A stretch of DNA of 64,000 nucleotides from Squalus acanthias (taxonomy: Eukaryota), in the NCBI GenBank assembly GCA_030390025.1, contig CM059427.1:158720001-158784000 (forward strand), read 5' to 3'. This document shows positions 50,160-61,390 of this stretch, piece by piece. Numbering within the stretch: position 1 is the first letter of the stretch; every line of letters starts with the position of its first letter. The notes below the pieces were generated by a model. It had not been told where the DNA came from, made no database searches, and saw only the letters and a program-made list of their open reading frames with translations. The position numbers and the translations under genes are program-made.

Positions 50160-51590
50160 TAGAATCATACAGCACATAGAATCATACAGCACAGGAGGTC
50201 ATTCGCCTCAACGTGCCTGCACTGGCTGTTTGAAAGAGCTATCCAATTAGTCCCACTCCCCTTCTCTTTCCCCATAGCCCTGCAGTTTTTTCCTTTTCAA
50301 ATATATATCCAGTTCCCTTTTGAAAGTTACTATTGAATCTGCTTCCACCACCCTTTCAGGCAGTGCATTCCAAATCATAATACGCTGTGTAAAAATATTC
50401 TCCTCATCTCCCCTCTGGTTCTTTTGCTAATTATTTTAAATCTCTGTCCTCTGGTTGCTGACCCTCTTACCAATAAACAGTTTCTCCTTATTTACTCTAT
50501 CAAAACCCCCTCATAATTTTGAACACCTCTATTAAATCTCTCCTTAACCACCTTTGCTCTAAGGAGAACAATCCCAGGTTCTGTAGTCTCCACACAACTA
50601 AAGTACGTCATCCTTGGTATCGTTCAAATAAATCCCCTTTTCACCCTCTCCAAGCCCTTGACATCCTTCCTAAAGTATGGTGCCCAGCATTGGATACAAT
50701 AATGCAGCTGAAGCCTAACCAGCGATTTAAAAGGTTTAGCATATTGCTTTTGTTCTCTATGCCTCTATTTATAAATGCGGAGATGCCGGTGTTGGACTGG
50801 GTGGACAAAATTGAGAGGTCGCACAACACCAGGTTATAGTCCAACAGTTTTATTTTAAATCACAAGCTTTCGGAGTTACAACTCCTTCGTCGGGTGAAGT
50901 GAGGAGATACAGAATCGTCAAAGCATATATAGATAGAGAACAATGCATGTGTAACTTACAATTGCAGACAACTAAATTCAATCATCCTGACTGTTTATCT
51001 GCCGAGGTGTGATAAAGTTAATCAGGTCAGCCAGGAAGGTACCACATCAAAGACATAGCAAGATACAACTGAGACAATGAGGTGGAGTCGCATGGGGTCT
51101 AACGTATGTCACGATACATGACGTGATCCGGACTCGAGTCGTCATTGGCTTGTTCACAGATGTGATTCCCAGTAAAAAAGTAAAAATTTTAAAGTTAATC
51201 GTTTTACATACAGACGGCAGCTTTTGACACGTTAGACCCCATGCGACTCCACCTCATTGTCTCAGTTGTATCTTGCTATGTCTTTGATGTGGTACCTTCC
51301 TGGCTGACCTGATTAACTTTATCACACCTCGGCAGATAAACAGTCAGGATGATTGAATTTAGTTGTCTGCAATTGTAAGTTACACATGCATTGTTCTCTC
51401 TCTATATATGCTTTGACGATTCTGTATCTCCTCACTTCACCCGACGAAGGAGTTGTAACTCCGAAAGCTTGTGATTTAAAACAAAACTGTTGGACTATAA
51501 CCTGGTGTTGTGCGACCTCTCAATTCTATTTATAAAGCCATGGATCCCATATGATTTTTTAACAGCTTTATCAACTTGTCCTGCCACCAA
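50160..51590 (-). mobile_element. CR1 LINE 3' end, interrupted by a palindromic Penelope insertion
   Basis: AGAATCATACAGCAC tail repeats and FINRGIE motif; the CR1 sequence resumes after 51525. Confidence 0.8.
50776..51524. mobile_element. Penelope-like element as an inverted pLTR pair (297-bp arms, 123-bp spacer)
   Basis: 50809-51105 is the reverse complement of 51229-51525 (one mismatch seen). 3' tail on the left arm only. TSD TCTATTTATAAA at 50764 and 51525. Confidence 0.9.
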
Positions 51591-53250
51591 GTATGTGTTT
51601 TCAGAAAGCATTATTCTCTTAACCTCATATATCTGGATGATGAAACACTCCAGCAGTGTAGTGCTTAAATTCAACCTAATGTGTAGATTGTCAGAATCCC
51701 AGTGCTAGTTGTGTATTACTTTGGCATGCTGCTATTTGTACGTGGAAGTTGTCAAAAAAGGGAGATTGTTAATTTATCGGTATGTGTATTGTCTTCCCTG
51801 GAAGTTGAATGAATGAGGAAGAATATATTGTGATTGACATTATCAAACTCATTCTTCGAAACAAATCAAAACTCCACCTACAAAGTTCCTGCCCACCATT
51901 CATTCCCCTTAATTCTTTTTCTGACTTGGTGCTACGTAGAGCTGTTTCAAAAATTGTTTTACTTTGCTTTTCTCTCCTCAGGTACTGTCTCCCTCTCCCT
52001 CAAACCTGCTGTCATCACCCCTCTCCTCAAAAAACTAACCCTTGACCTCGCCATCCTTGCAAACTACCACCCCATCTCCAACATCCCTTTCCTCTCGAAA
52101 GCCCTTGAACGTGTTGTCGCCTCTCAAATCCATGCCCATCTTTCCTGCAACTCCATGTTTGAATCCCTCCAATCACGTTTCCACCCCTGCCACAGCACCG
52201 AAACAGCTCTCATCAAAGTCACAAATGACATCCTTTGTGACTGTGACAAAGGTAAACTATCCCTCCTCGTCCTTCTTGACTTGTCTGCAGCCTTTGACAC
52301 GGTTGACCACTTCATCCTCCTCCAACGCCTCCACCATCGTCCAGCTGGGTGAGACTGCACTCGCCTGGTTCCATTCTTATCTATCTAATCGTAGCCACAG
52401 AATCACCTGCAACGGCTTTTCTTCCTGCTCCTGCATCGTTACCTCTGGTGTCCCCCAAGGATCTATCCTTGGCCCCCTCCTATTTCTCATCTACATGCTG
52501 CCCCTTGGCGACATCATCTGAAAACACAGCATCATTTTCCACTTGTACACTAATGACACCCAGCTCTACCTCACCACCACTTCTCTCGACCCCTTCCACG
52601 GTCTCTAAATTGTCAGACTGCTTGTCTGACATCCAGTTCTGGATGAGCAGAAATTTTCTCCAATTAAATATTGGGAAGACTGAAGCCATTGTCTTTGTTC
52701 CCCGCCACAAACTCCGTCCCCTAGCCACTGACTCCATCCCTCTCCCTAGCATCTATCTGTGGCTGAACCAGACTGTTCGCAACCTTGGTGTCATATTTGA
52801 CCCCGAAATGAGCTTCCGACCACACATCCGCAGCATAACTAAGCCCGCCTATTTGCACCTCCATAACATCGCCCGTCTCTGCCCTTGTCTCAGCTCATCC
52901 GCTGCTGAAACCCTCATCCATGTCTTTGTTTCCTCTAGACTTGACTATTCCAACGCACTCCTGGCTGGCCTCCCACATTCTACCCTAAGTAAACTTGAAG
53001 TCATCCAAAACCCGGCTGCCCATGTCCTAACTCGTACCAAGTCCCGTTTGCCCATCACCCCTGTGCTCGCACCTACATTGGCTCCCGGTTAAGCAATGCC
53101 TCGATTTCAAAATTCTCATCCTTGTTTTCAAATCCCTCCATGGCCTCGCCCCTCCCTATCTCTGTAATCTCCTCCAGCCCCACAAACCCCCGAGGTATCT
53201 GCGCTCCTCTAATTCTGCCCTCTTGAGCATCCCTGATTATAATCACTCAA

Positions 53251-54601
53251 TTGAGAGGTCGCACAACACCAGGTTATAGTCCAACAGTTTTATTTGAAAT
53301 CACAAGCTTTCGGAGCTATCGATTTGCTCCTTCCTCAGGTGAAGTAAATTAGATACAGAATCTCCAAAGCATATATAGATGGAAAACAAAGCATGTGTAC
53401 TTTACAATTGCAGACCAATAAATTAAATCATCCTGACTATCTGCCGAGGTGTGATAAAGTTAATTAAGTCAGCCAGGAAGGTACCACATCAAAGACATAG
53501 CAAGATACAACTGAGACAATGAGGTGTAGTCGCAGGGGTTCTAACGTGTCAAAAGCTGCCGTCTGTATGTAAAACGAAAAGCTTTAACATTTTTTTACTT
53601 TTTTACTGGGAAAATTTTTACTTTTTTACTGGGAATCACATCTGTGAACAAGCTAACGACGACTCGAGTCCGGATCACGTCATGTATCGTGACATAAACC
53701 CAAGATCCCGATTGAGACCGTCTTCATGAGTGCGGAACTTGGCTATCAGTTTCTGCTCGATGATTTTGCGTTGTCGTGTGTTTCTAAGGTTGCCTTGGAG
53801 AACGCTTACCCGCAGATCCGAGGCTGAATGTCCTTGACTGCTGAAGTGTTCCCCGACTGGGAGGTAACAATCCTGCCTGGCGATTGTTGCAGACACTGAG
53901 ACAACGTATGAACGTGTCTCAGGTCTGCAACAATCGCCAGGCAGGATTGTTACCTCCCAGTCGGGGAACACTTCAGCAGTCAAGGACATTCAGCCTCGGA
54001 TCTGCGGGTAAGCGTTCTCCAAGGCAACCTTAGAAACACACGACAACGCAAAATCATCGAGCAGAAACTGATAGCCAAGTTCCGCACTCATGAAGACGGT
54101 CTCAATCGGGATCTTGGGTTTATGTCACGATACATGACGTGATCCGGACTCGAGTCGTCGTTAGCTTGTTCACAGATGTGATTCCCAGTAAAAAAGTAAA
54201 CATTTTCCCAGTAAAAAAGTAAAAAAATGTTAAAGCTTTTCGTTTTACATACAGACGGCAGCTTTTGACACGTTAGAACCCCTGCGACTACACCTCATTG
54301 TCTCAGTTGTATCTTGCTATGTCTTTGATGTGGTACCTTCCTGGCTGACTTAATTAACTTTATCACACCTCGGCAGATAGTCAGGATGATTTAATTTATT
54401 GGTCTGCAATTGTAAAGTACACATGCTTTGTTTTCCATCTATATATGCTTTGGAGATTCTGTATCTAATTTACTTCACCTGAGGAAGGAGCAAATCGATA
54501 GCTCCGAAAGCTTGTGATTTCAAATAAAACTGTTGGACTATAACCTGGTGTTGTGCGACCTCTCAATTTTGTCCACCCCAGTCCAACACCGGCATCTCCG
54601 C
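53251..54601. mobile_element. Penelope-like element forming a ~1.3-kb near-perfect palindrome (GIY-YIG C-terminus plus pLTR in each arm)
   Basis: Arms 53249-~53903 and ~53914-54568. Each encodes ATIARQDCYLPVGEHFSSQGHS..EQKLIAKFRTHEDGLNRDLGFMSRYMT*. 3' tail on the right arm only. TSD ATTATAATCACTCAA at 53236 and 54602. Confidence 0.93.
54474..54517 (+). ncRNA. Minimal type I hammerhead ribozyme motif in the Penelope pLTR (mirrored on - near 53300-53343)
   Basis: TCAC-CTGAGGA-a-GGAGC(aaatcgata)GCTCC-GAAA-gc-TT-GTGA gives the CUGANGA and GAAA core, a 5-bp stem II, a palindromic AGCU mini stem III and stem I TCAC/GTGA. Confidence 0.7.
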
Positions 54602-55890
54602 ATTATAATCACTCAACCATTGGTGGCCGTGCCTTCTGTTGCCTAGACCCTAAGCTCTGGAATTCCCTCCCTAAACCTCTCCGCCTCTCTTTCCTCCTTT
54701 AAGATGCTCCTTAAAACCTACCCCTTTAACCAAGCTTTTGGTCATCTGTCCTAATTTCTCCTTATGTGGCTCGGTGTCAAATTTTTTGTCTTATAATACT
54801 CCTGTGAAGCACCTTGGGATGTTTTACTACGTTAAAGGTGCTATATAACTACAAGTTGTTGTTGTTGTTGCTACTTACGTTATTCTCTTGCCCCCGTTGT
54901 TCAAAGACAAAAGGAGTTCAGAAAAATCCTTTATATACAACAGAATGGGAGATGGTTGCTGAATTAGTAGTAGTATGTCATGAATTTCTTAAAGGCTCTG
55001 TCTGTCCCTGCCCCTCCCCCACGTGTATTCCATTTTTATGTTTAAATTTTTGCAAAGAATGAGGAAGACCGTATCTATGGTAGTTAATTAAATTCTGCTA
55101 TGCCTTTGCTGTTAATTGTTAGGTCCACAGATAATTGATTATGAACATTATTATCACAAAGTAGTTTAAACTTGTTAATTTTTATTTAATACCGTTTTTA
55201 ACGGTAATTGGTTAACAAGTTTATTCCTAGTGGTTCATGAGGGAGTTAAGGAAATGGAATCCTATTTTGGTTTCCTCCCTTATGCTATCTATCTTCAAGA
55301 TGACTTTTCATGGAATATGATCTCCAGAACATTGGTGAAAATCTTGTACTCCCATGTCATAAAAATAGAATTTGACTTATTCAGTCACCTTAAAACATTG
55401 GGCTTAATAGAATTGTAGAATTCCCAAAGCACATGTAAAATTCTTGAAATCAGATGCAGTCAAAGTGGAATTTGACTTATTCAGTCAATGCCTATCTTGT
55501 TCTGATTGGCAAACAACAATGAAAGAGGCCTGCCATCACCTTCTAAAACTACAGGAAACTGAATTTCTGTAGGCCTTGACATTTCCTGTAATTTATCAAT
55601 GAGTTGATTGGTTTGTCTATCCTCACTGGCGATATGTGGAGAATAACCCTATTTAAGCTGAGAGGAATATGGCTGAAGGTGAATAATTTGCCTTTCTACT
55701 AATGGTGATAAATATAATGCAACTACTTCATTTTTAAATCTCTGCTTGTTTTGTAGTTTTACTTACATACAGTAGTGTTAGTAGCTCTGTGAAGTCATCA
55801 AACTTGTAAATTATTACTTTATGCAGGTTTTGTAAATTGGATATTTAATTTCTGTTAATAGTATGTTAATGTTATTTTTCCTCCTTATAG

Positions 55891-55952
55891 GATTGGAACC
55901 AACACAACAATAGTACAACACACAGACGGCTTTGTGACCTACTTGTGGAAAT
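55891..55952 (+). CDS. matr3: Gene B exon completing zinc finger 1 (DWNQHNNSTTHRRLCDLLVEI)
   Basis: Acceptor tttttcctccttatAG, donor AT|GTATGG, 62 nt, phase 0/2. Matches matrin-3 [21 protein letters not shown]. Confidence 0.93.
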
Positions 55953-56293
55953 GTATGGACTTTTTTGTTTGCTAATGTTGCTGTACAATATACTTTTGCA
56001 AACTTAAGTGTATTAATCAACCACATTATTGTTACTTTGTGTGGTTAGTAAATTATACGACAATCATATCTGGTTTCTTGTATGAATAAAGAATGAGGGT
56101 CTGTTGGAAAAAGTTAGTTGTAAACATTTTACACGATGATTTGAGGCTTTATCCTATAGTCATGATCCATGCCTCTGCATCTGATTGGCCCTTCAACTGA
56201 CGTAATTAGATTAAGAGAGATGTGATAATATATATTTAGAACTGTCTTGAAGTATCAGCTCTTCATATGTGGTCAAATTGTTAATGATTAATG

Positions 56294-59200
56294 AGGCATT
56301 GGGACCGTTTCTGGGGAAGGTGGGACCTGTACAAGCCAGACGGGTTACACCTCAACAGAGCCGGGACCAATATTCTCGCAGGGAGGTTTGCCAGTGCTGT
56401 TGCGGAGGGTTTAAACTAGCTTGGCAGGGGGATGGGCACCAGCATATAGGAGTAGAAAAGAGGAAGAAGGTGCATAAAAGAGTGAGTGTGTTGGATAGTA
56501 CTAGAGAAGAAAGTAGTACCACATTAGATAGGAGCAGAGTAAGAAAGACTACGAAAAATTCAACAATGAGTTTAGAATACATGTGCGTAAACGCAAAGTG
56601 TGGTGAATAAGGTTGGTGAACTACAAGCACAATTAGCCGTGTGGCAATATGATGTTGTGGCAATAACGGAAACGTGGCTTAAAAACGGTGAGGACTGGGC
56701 ACTTAATATTCAAGGATACAAGGTGTTCAGAAAAGATAGGGAAGGAGAAAAGGGGGATGGGGTGGCAGTGCTGATTAAGGAAGATATTGTAGTGTTGGAA
56801 AGGGAGGATGTTCTTGAGGGAACAAGGACAGAATCCATTTGGTTAGAGTTGAGGAGCAAAAAGGGTATGATCACGCTATTGGGGGTATTCTATAGGCCTC
56901 CAAATAGTGAGAGGAAGGTAGAGGAGCAAATCTGCAGGGAAATCGCAGAGATGTGCAAGAGCTATAGAGTGGTGATATTGGGGGACTTTAATTACCCAAA
57001 TATCGATTGAGATAATGCTCGGGTAAAGGGAAAGGAGGGGGAAGAATTTCTGAAATATGTTCAGGAGAATTTCCTTGGCCAGTATGTTCTTGGCCCAGCT
57101 AGGAAGGCGGCATTGCTGGGGAATGAGGTGGGCCAGGTCGACCTAGTGTCTGTGGGAGAACACTTGGATACGAGTGATCATCGTATCATAAGATTTAGAT
57201 TAGCAATGGAGAGGTGCAAGGAACAATCTGGAGTGGAACTTTTAAACTGGAATAGGGCTAACTTCAATGGGATGCGAAGGGATCTAGCCAGGGTAAAATG
57301 GAACCAAAGACTGACAGGAAAAACTGTAATGGAACAATGGGTGATCTTTAAGGATGAGATGTTCCAAGTACAGGCTAGGTACATTCCAACAAGAAGGAAG
57401 GGTAAGGGAACCAAAGCAAGGGCTCCTTGGACGATGAGGGAGATAGAGAAGATGATGAAACAGAAAAAGAGGGCGTATGATGCATGTCAGGTGAATTCTT
57501 CAAGGGAGAACCAGACCAAATACAATAAGTTGAGAGGGGAAGTGAAGATGAAAATAAGAGTGGCAAAGAGAGAATATGAGAGTAGAATGGCGGTTAACAT
57601 AAAAGGGAACCCAAAAATCTTCTATCGGCATGTAAACAGTAAGCGGGTAGTAAGAGGTGCGGTGGGGCCTATTGGCGACAAAGAAGGTGATATATGCTTA
57701 GAGGCGCAGGGCAAGGCTAGAATACTCAATAATTACTTTTTATCGGTGTTTACTAAGGAGATGGATGCTGACAAAATATCGGTAGCAGTGGGAAAGGTAG
57801 AAGCAATGGAAGGTGTGAAAATTGATAGACAGGATGTACGAGAAAGGCTGGATATGCTTAGAGTGGATAAATCGCCTGGTCCAGATGGTTTGCATCCCAG
57901 ATTGCTAAGGGAATTGGGGGAGGAGATAGCGGAAGGACTTGCCATAATTTTCCAATCTTTCCCAGATGCGGGGGAGGTGCCTGAGGATTGGGAAGTGGCA
58001 AATGTGACACCATTGTTCAAGAAAGGGTGTTAGGGACAATACTAGTAACTACAGGCCGGTCAGTTTAACATCAGTGGTGGGTAAAGTTTTAGAAACAATA
58101 ATCAAGGAAAAAATTAAAGGGTACTTGGAGAGGTTTAAGCTAATTAAGGAGAGCCAACATGGATTTGTAAAAGGCAGATCATGTTTGACTAATCTAATTG
58201 AATTTTTTGATGAAGTAACAGGGAGGATCGATGAAGGGAATACAATGGATGTTGTCTACATGGATTTTAGGAAGCCATTTGACAAAGTACCACATAGAAG
58301 GCTGGTTAACAAAATTGAGGCTCACAGAATAGGCGGGTCAGTGTTAGCTTGGATAAGGAATTGGCTTAAGGACAGAAAACAGCGAGTTGTGGTAAATGGC
58401 TGTTTTTCAGACTGGAGGATGGTAGACAGTGGTGTTCCCCAAGGGTCAGTGCTGGGACTACTGCTTTTTTTGATATGTATAAATGACCTGGATATTGGAA
58501 TACAAAGTAGAATTTCTAAATTTGCCGATGACACCAAACTTGAGGGTGTGGCAAACAGTGAGGATGATACCAATCAACTGCAACAGGACATAGAAAGGCT
58601 AGCAGAATGGGCAGACAAGTGGCAGATGGAATTTAATGCAGAGAAGTGTGAGGTGATGCATTTTGGCAGAAGGAACAGGAAAAGGCAATATACACTTAAT
58701 GGCACAGTTTTAAAGAGTGTGCAGGGGCAGAGGGACTTGGGAGTTAATGTGCATAGGTCCCTGAAGGTGGCAGGACATATTGCGAGTGTGGTTAGCAAAG
58801 CATATGGGATCTTGGGTTTCATAAATAGAGGTATTGAGTACAAAAGTAGAGAAGTTATGCTGAACCTTTATAAAGCGCTGGTTCGGCCATAACTAGAGTA
58901 TTGCGTCCAGTTCTGATCACCACACTTTAGGAAGGATGTGAAGGCCCTTGAGAGGGTGCAGAAGAGATTGACCAGAATGCTTCCGGGGATGGGGGATCTT
59001 AGCTACAAGGACAGGTTGGAGAAGCTGGATTTGTTTTCATTAGAGCAAAGGAGGTTGAGGGGTGATTTGATAGAGGTGTACAAGATTATGACAGGTTTGG
59101 ATAGCCTAGATGGGGAAAGGCTGTTCCCACTAGTTGATGGTAGAAGGACTAGGGGACACAGATTTAAGGTTTTGGGCAAGAGATATAGGGGGGATGTGAG

Positions 59201-59436
59201 GAAAAACTTTTTTAAGCAGCGAGTGGTGAGGACCTGGAACTCGCTGCCGACGGAAGTGGTGGAAGCAGAGACACTCAATGTTTTCAAGGGGATACTGGAT
59301 AGGCACTTGAGGGAAATAAACTTGCAGGGCTACGGGGATAGAGCGGGGGACTGTGACTAACTGGATTGCTCTACAGAGAGCCGGCACAAACTCGATGGGC
59401 CGAATGGCCTCCTTCTGTGCCGTTATGACTCTATGA
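56294..59436 (+). mobile_element. CR1 LINE with ORF1 esterase end, APE endonuclease, RT and 3' UTR; a few stops and frameshifts
   Basis: ORF1 YKPDGLHLN. Endonuclease [41 protein letters not shown]. Confidence 0.95.
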
Positions 59437-59497
59437 TTACTGTAAATAAAATGTATTGGAGGTTTTGTTCTGTGATTAATAATGTCTTCATTTCTAG

Positions 59498-59536
59498 ATA
59501 CCCAGAATGGAACCCAGATGCTTTCCCACCTCAAAT
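59498..59536 (+). CDS. matr3: Gene B exon (YPEWNPDAFPPQM)
   Basis: Acceptor tcttcatttctAG, donor AT|GTAAGT, 39 nt, phase 2/2; matrin-3 YPEWNPD motif. Confidence 0.92.
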
Positions 59537-60262
59537 GTAAGTGTTCACTCCTTGCATACGCAAGTGTTGTTCAGAATATGTGTTTTAGTCGTTACTCTCT
59601 TGTTCTTGAAAGTATTGGGGGAAGGATGCTTTCAACCTGTCCTCGATCTCAGGGCCCTGTAAGAGAAATTCTAGATTGTGACTCTTCCATCGATCTTTCA
59701 GATATAGCTGGATAAATTGATGCACAATGGTTGGCCTCAAGGATGCCTATTTCCATATAGTGATAAGAGAATTTCACATGAAGTTTCTAAGGCTCAACAT
59801 CATTAGGGTGGGCTGTCAGTACAAAATGTGACCGTTGGGATGACATCTCGTGCGGGACATTCTCACTTTCTAATGACAGTACACCGTCGGCAATGGCACC
59901 CTTTCTAAGCAGCAGAAACTGCTTACTGGATCCTGACTCTGAGGTTCCATGATTCAAGTGGGTTGTGACTCTGAGATGTAAGTGCTGCATTATCTGCGCA
60001 TCCTAGGTACAGCATCATTAGCCACATCTTGCATTTTCATCCCTTGCAGGTTCTATAATTGCGGCTATATGAGTTACACTGGACACACTTCCTAGGAATC
60101 TACAATGTTGCATTTCTGTCTATCTAGAAAACCCCATTGTTCCTGTTTATGACAGGAAAGTGAACCTTTAATTCCTTGCAGTGTAAACCAAGCAAGTTTG
60201 GAGAAAGTCCCTCATATAGTAGCATTTATAGAAGCAAACAAATGCATCACAATCCAATGGGT

Positions 60263-60339
60263 TGATGCCACGGTCCTAGCATCAATGAACAAATGTTCTG
60301 TGACGCTGTGGTCCTAGCATCAGTGAACAAATGTTCTGT
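60263..60339. repeat. 38-bp tandem duplication
   Basis: GGTCCTAGCATCARTGAACAAATGTTCTGT occurs twice, 38 bp apart. Confidence 0.85.
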
Positions 60340-61274
60340 TTTGCATTAACAGCCGTAACTCCATTGCAAGGCAGAGCTCAACAAGGAAAATCAAGTTTAC
60401 CAAGGAAAATCAAGCTCCTTTTGCACATGCACTCACTACTTCATTTTTTAATATGTGGAAGGTTGTTGGAAGAGATGATCTGTAAGCCGCTGTCTTAAGC
60501 AGTTTTTGTGCTTTGGTGTGACTCAAGCTGGCCTGAAGATGTAGGCATTTAGTGTGACCAGTTTTTTGTACGACTTTGGTATAATTTGGAGACTGAACGC
60601 GTGAGAATGTTAGATTATGTACTACAATATGGTCTGTTACCTGCATTAGTTGTAAGTGATTTTTTTGGATAACCTGTTAAATTTTGAGCAGAAAGATTGG
60701 ATTATTGGCATAGTTTATGATATAGTGTATTTTGCACATAAATGCTGATGTTCATGGACAATATTTTTAGATTCGAATTAGGTACACTTTGCCAATCAAT
60801 ACCTGTGAGTCCTCATGGAGCTGCTTTAAATTTGTTTGCAGAATTTTCCAGGAGTAGGTTTCTCTCACAACTCAGATAAGACCCTGTATTTCCAGTATTC
60901 ATTTTATTTTAAAATCTCACTGACCTCAATAATAGGCATTTGAGTCCATAATTCTTTCAAATTTAATATCTTGCTGCCTGAAATCAGCTAGCTGCTAGTG
61001 CAAGAAGGAGGACTGTAATGGCAGCTGAATTATTTTATGATACCTGCCTTAACCATCCATTTTGATTGAGTCACTGTCATGGCTCCACCTCATTGATTCA
61101 ATGTAACAAATTAGAAAGTTCAGAAATTATATTACATATAACCAGTAGACATAAAGACATTTTTTCATTCTAGCTAATTATTTTAGCATTAGAATTAACG
61201 TGATACCATTTTACTTAATCTTTGTTTCTGATTTGTGTGTGAACGCTGCTTAAAATTCTTTTTATTGCTTCTAG

Positions 61275-61390
61275 GGCCGATCCACTGGTTTTACAGTCAA
61301 CAAACCTGGCTCCAGGTATTCTGGGCCCCCCACCATCTGGATCCTTTCTTACATCCAACAGAGGGCTGGGAGGAATGGAATCCCATGGGG
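61275..61390 (+). CDS. matr3: Gene B exon ([38 protein letters not shown]); gene continues beyond the window
   Basis: Acceptor ttttattgcttctAG, donor GGG|GTAATG, 116 nt, phase 2/1. Matches matrin-3 [20 protein letters not shown]. Confidence 0.92.

Larger units (their letters stand above)
51980..54870 (+). mobile_element. L2 LINE RT plus 3' UTR, interrupted by a Penelope palindrome
   Basis: [58 protein letters not shown]; (GTT)n tail. Confidence 0.92.

Noticed and set aside
53249-54568. Palindrome as an assembly artefact or as a DNA transposon with long TIRs
   Set aside because: The TSD, the one-sided Penelope tail, arm mismatches and GIY-YIG coding remnants support a real retroelement insertion.
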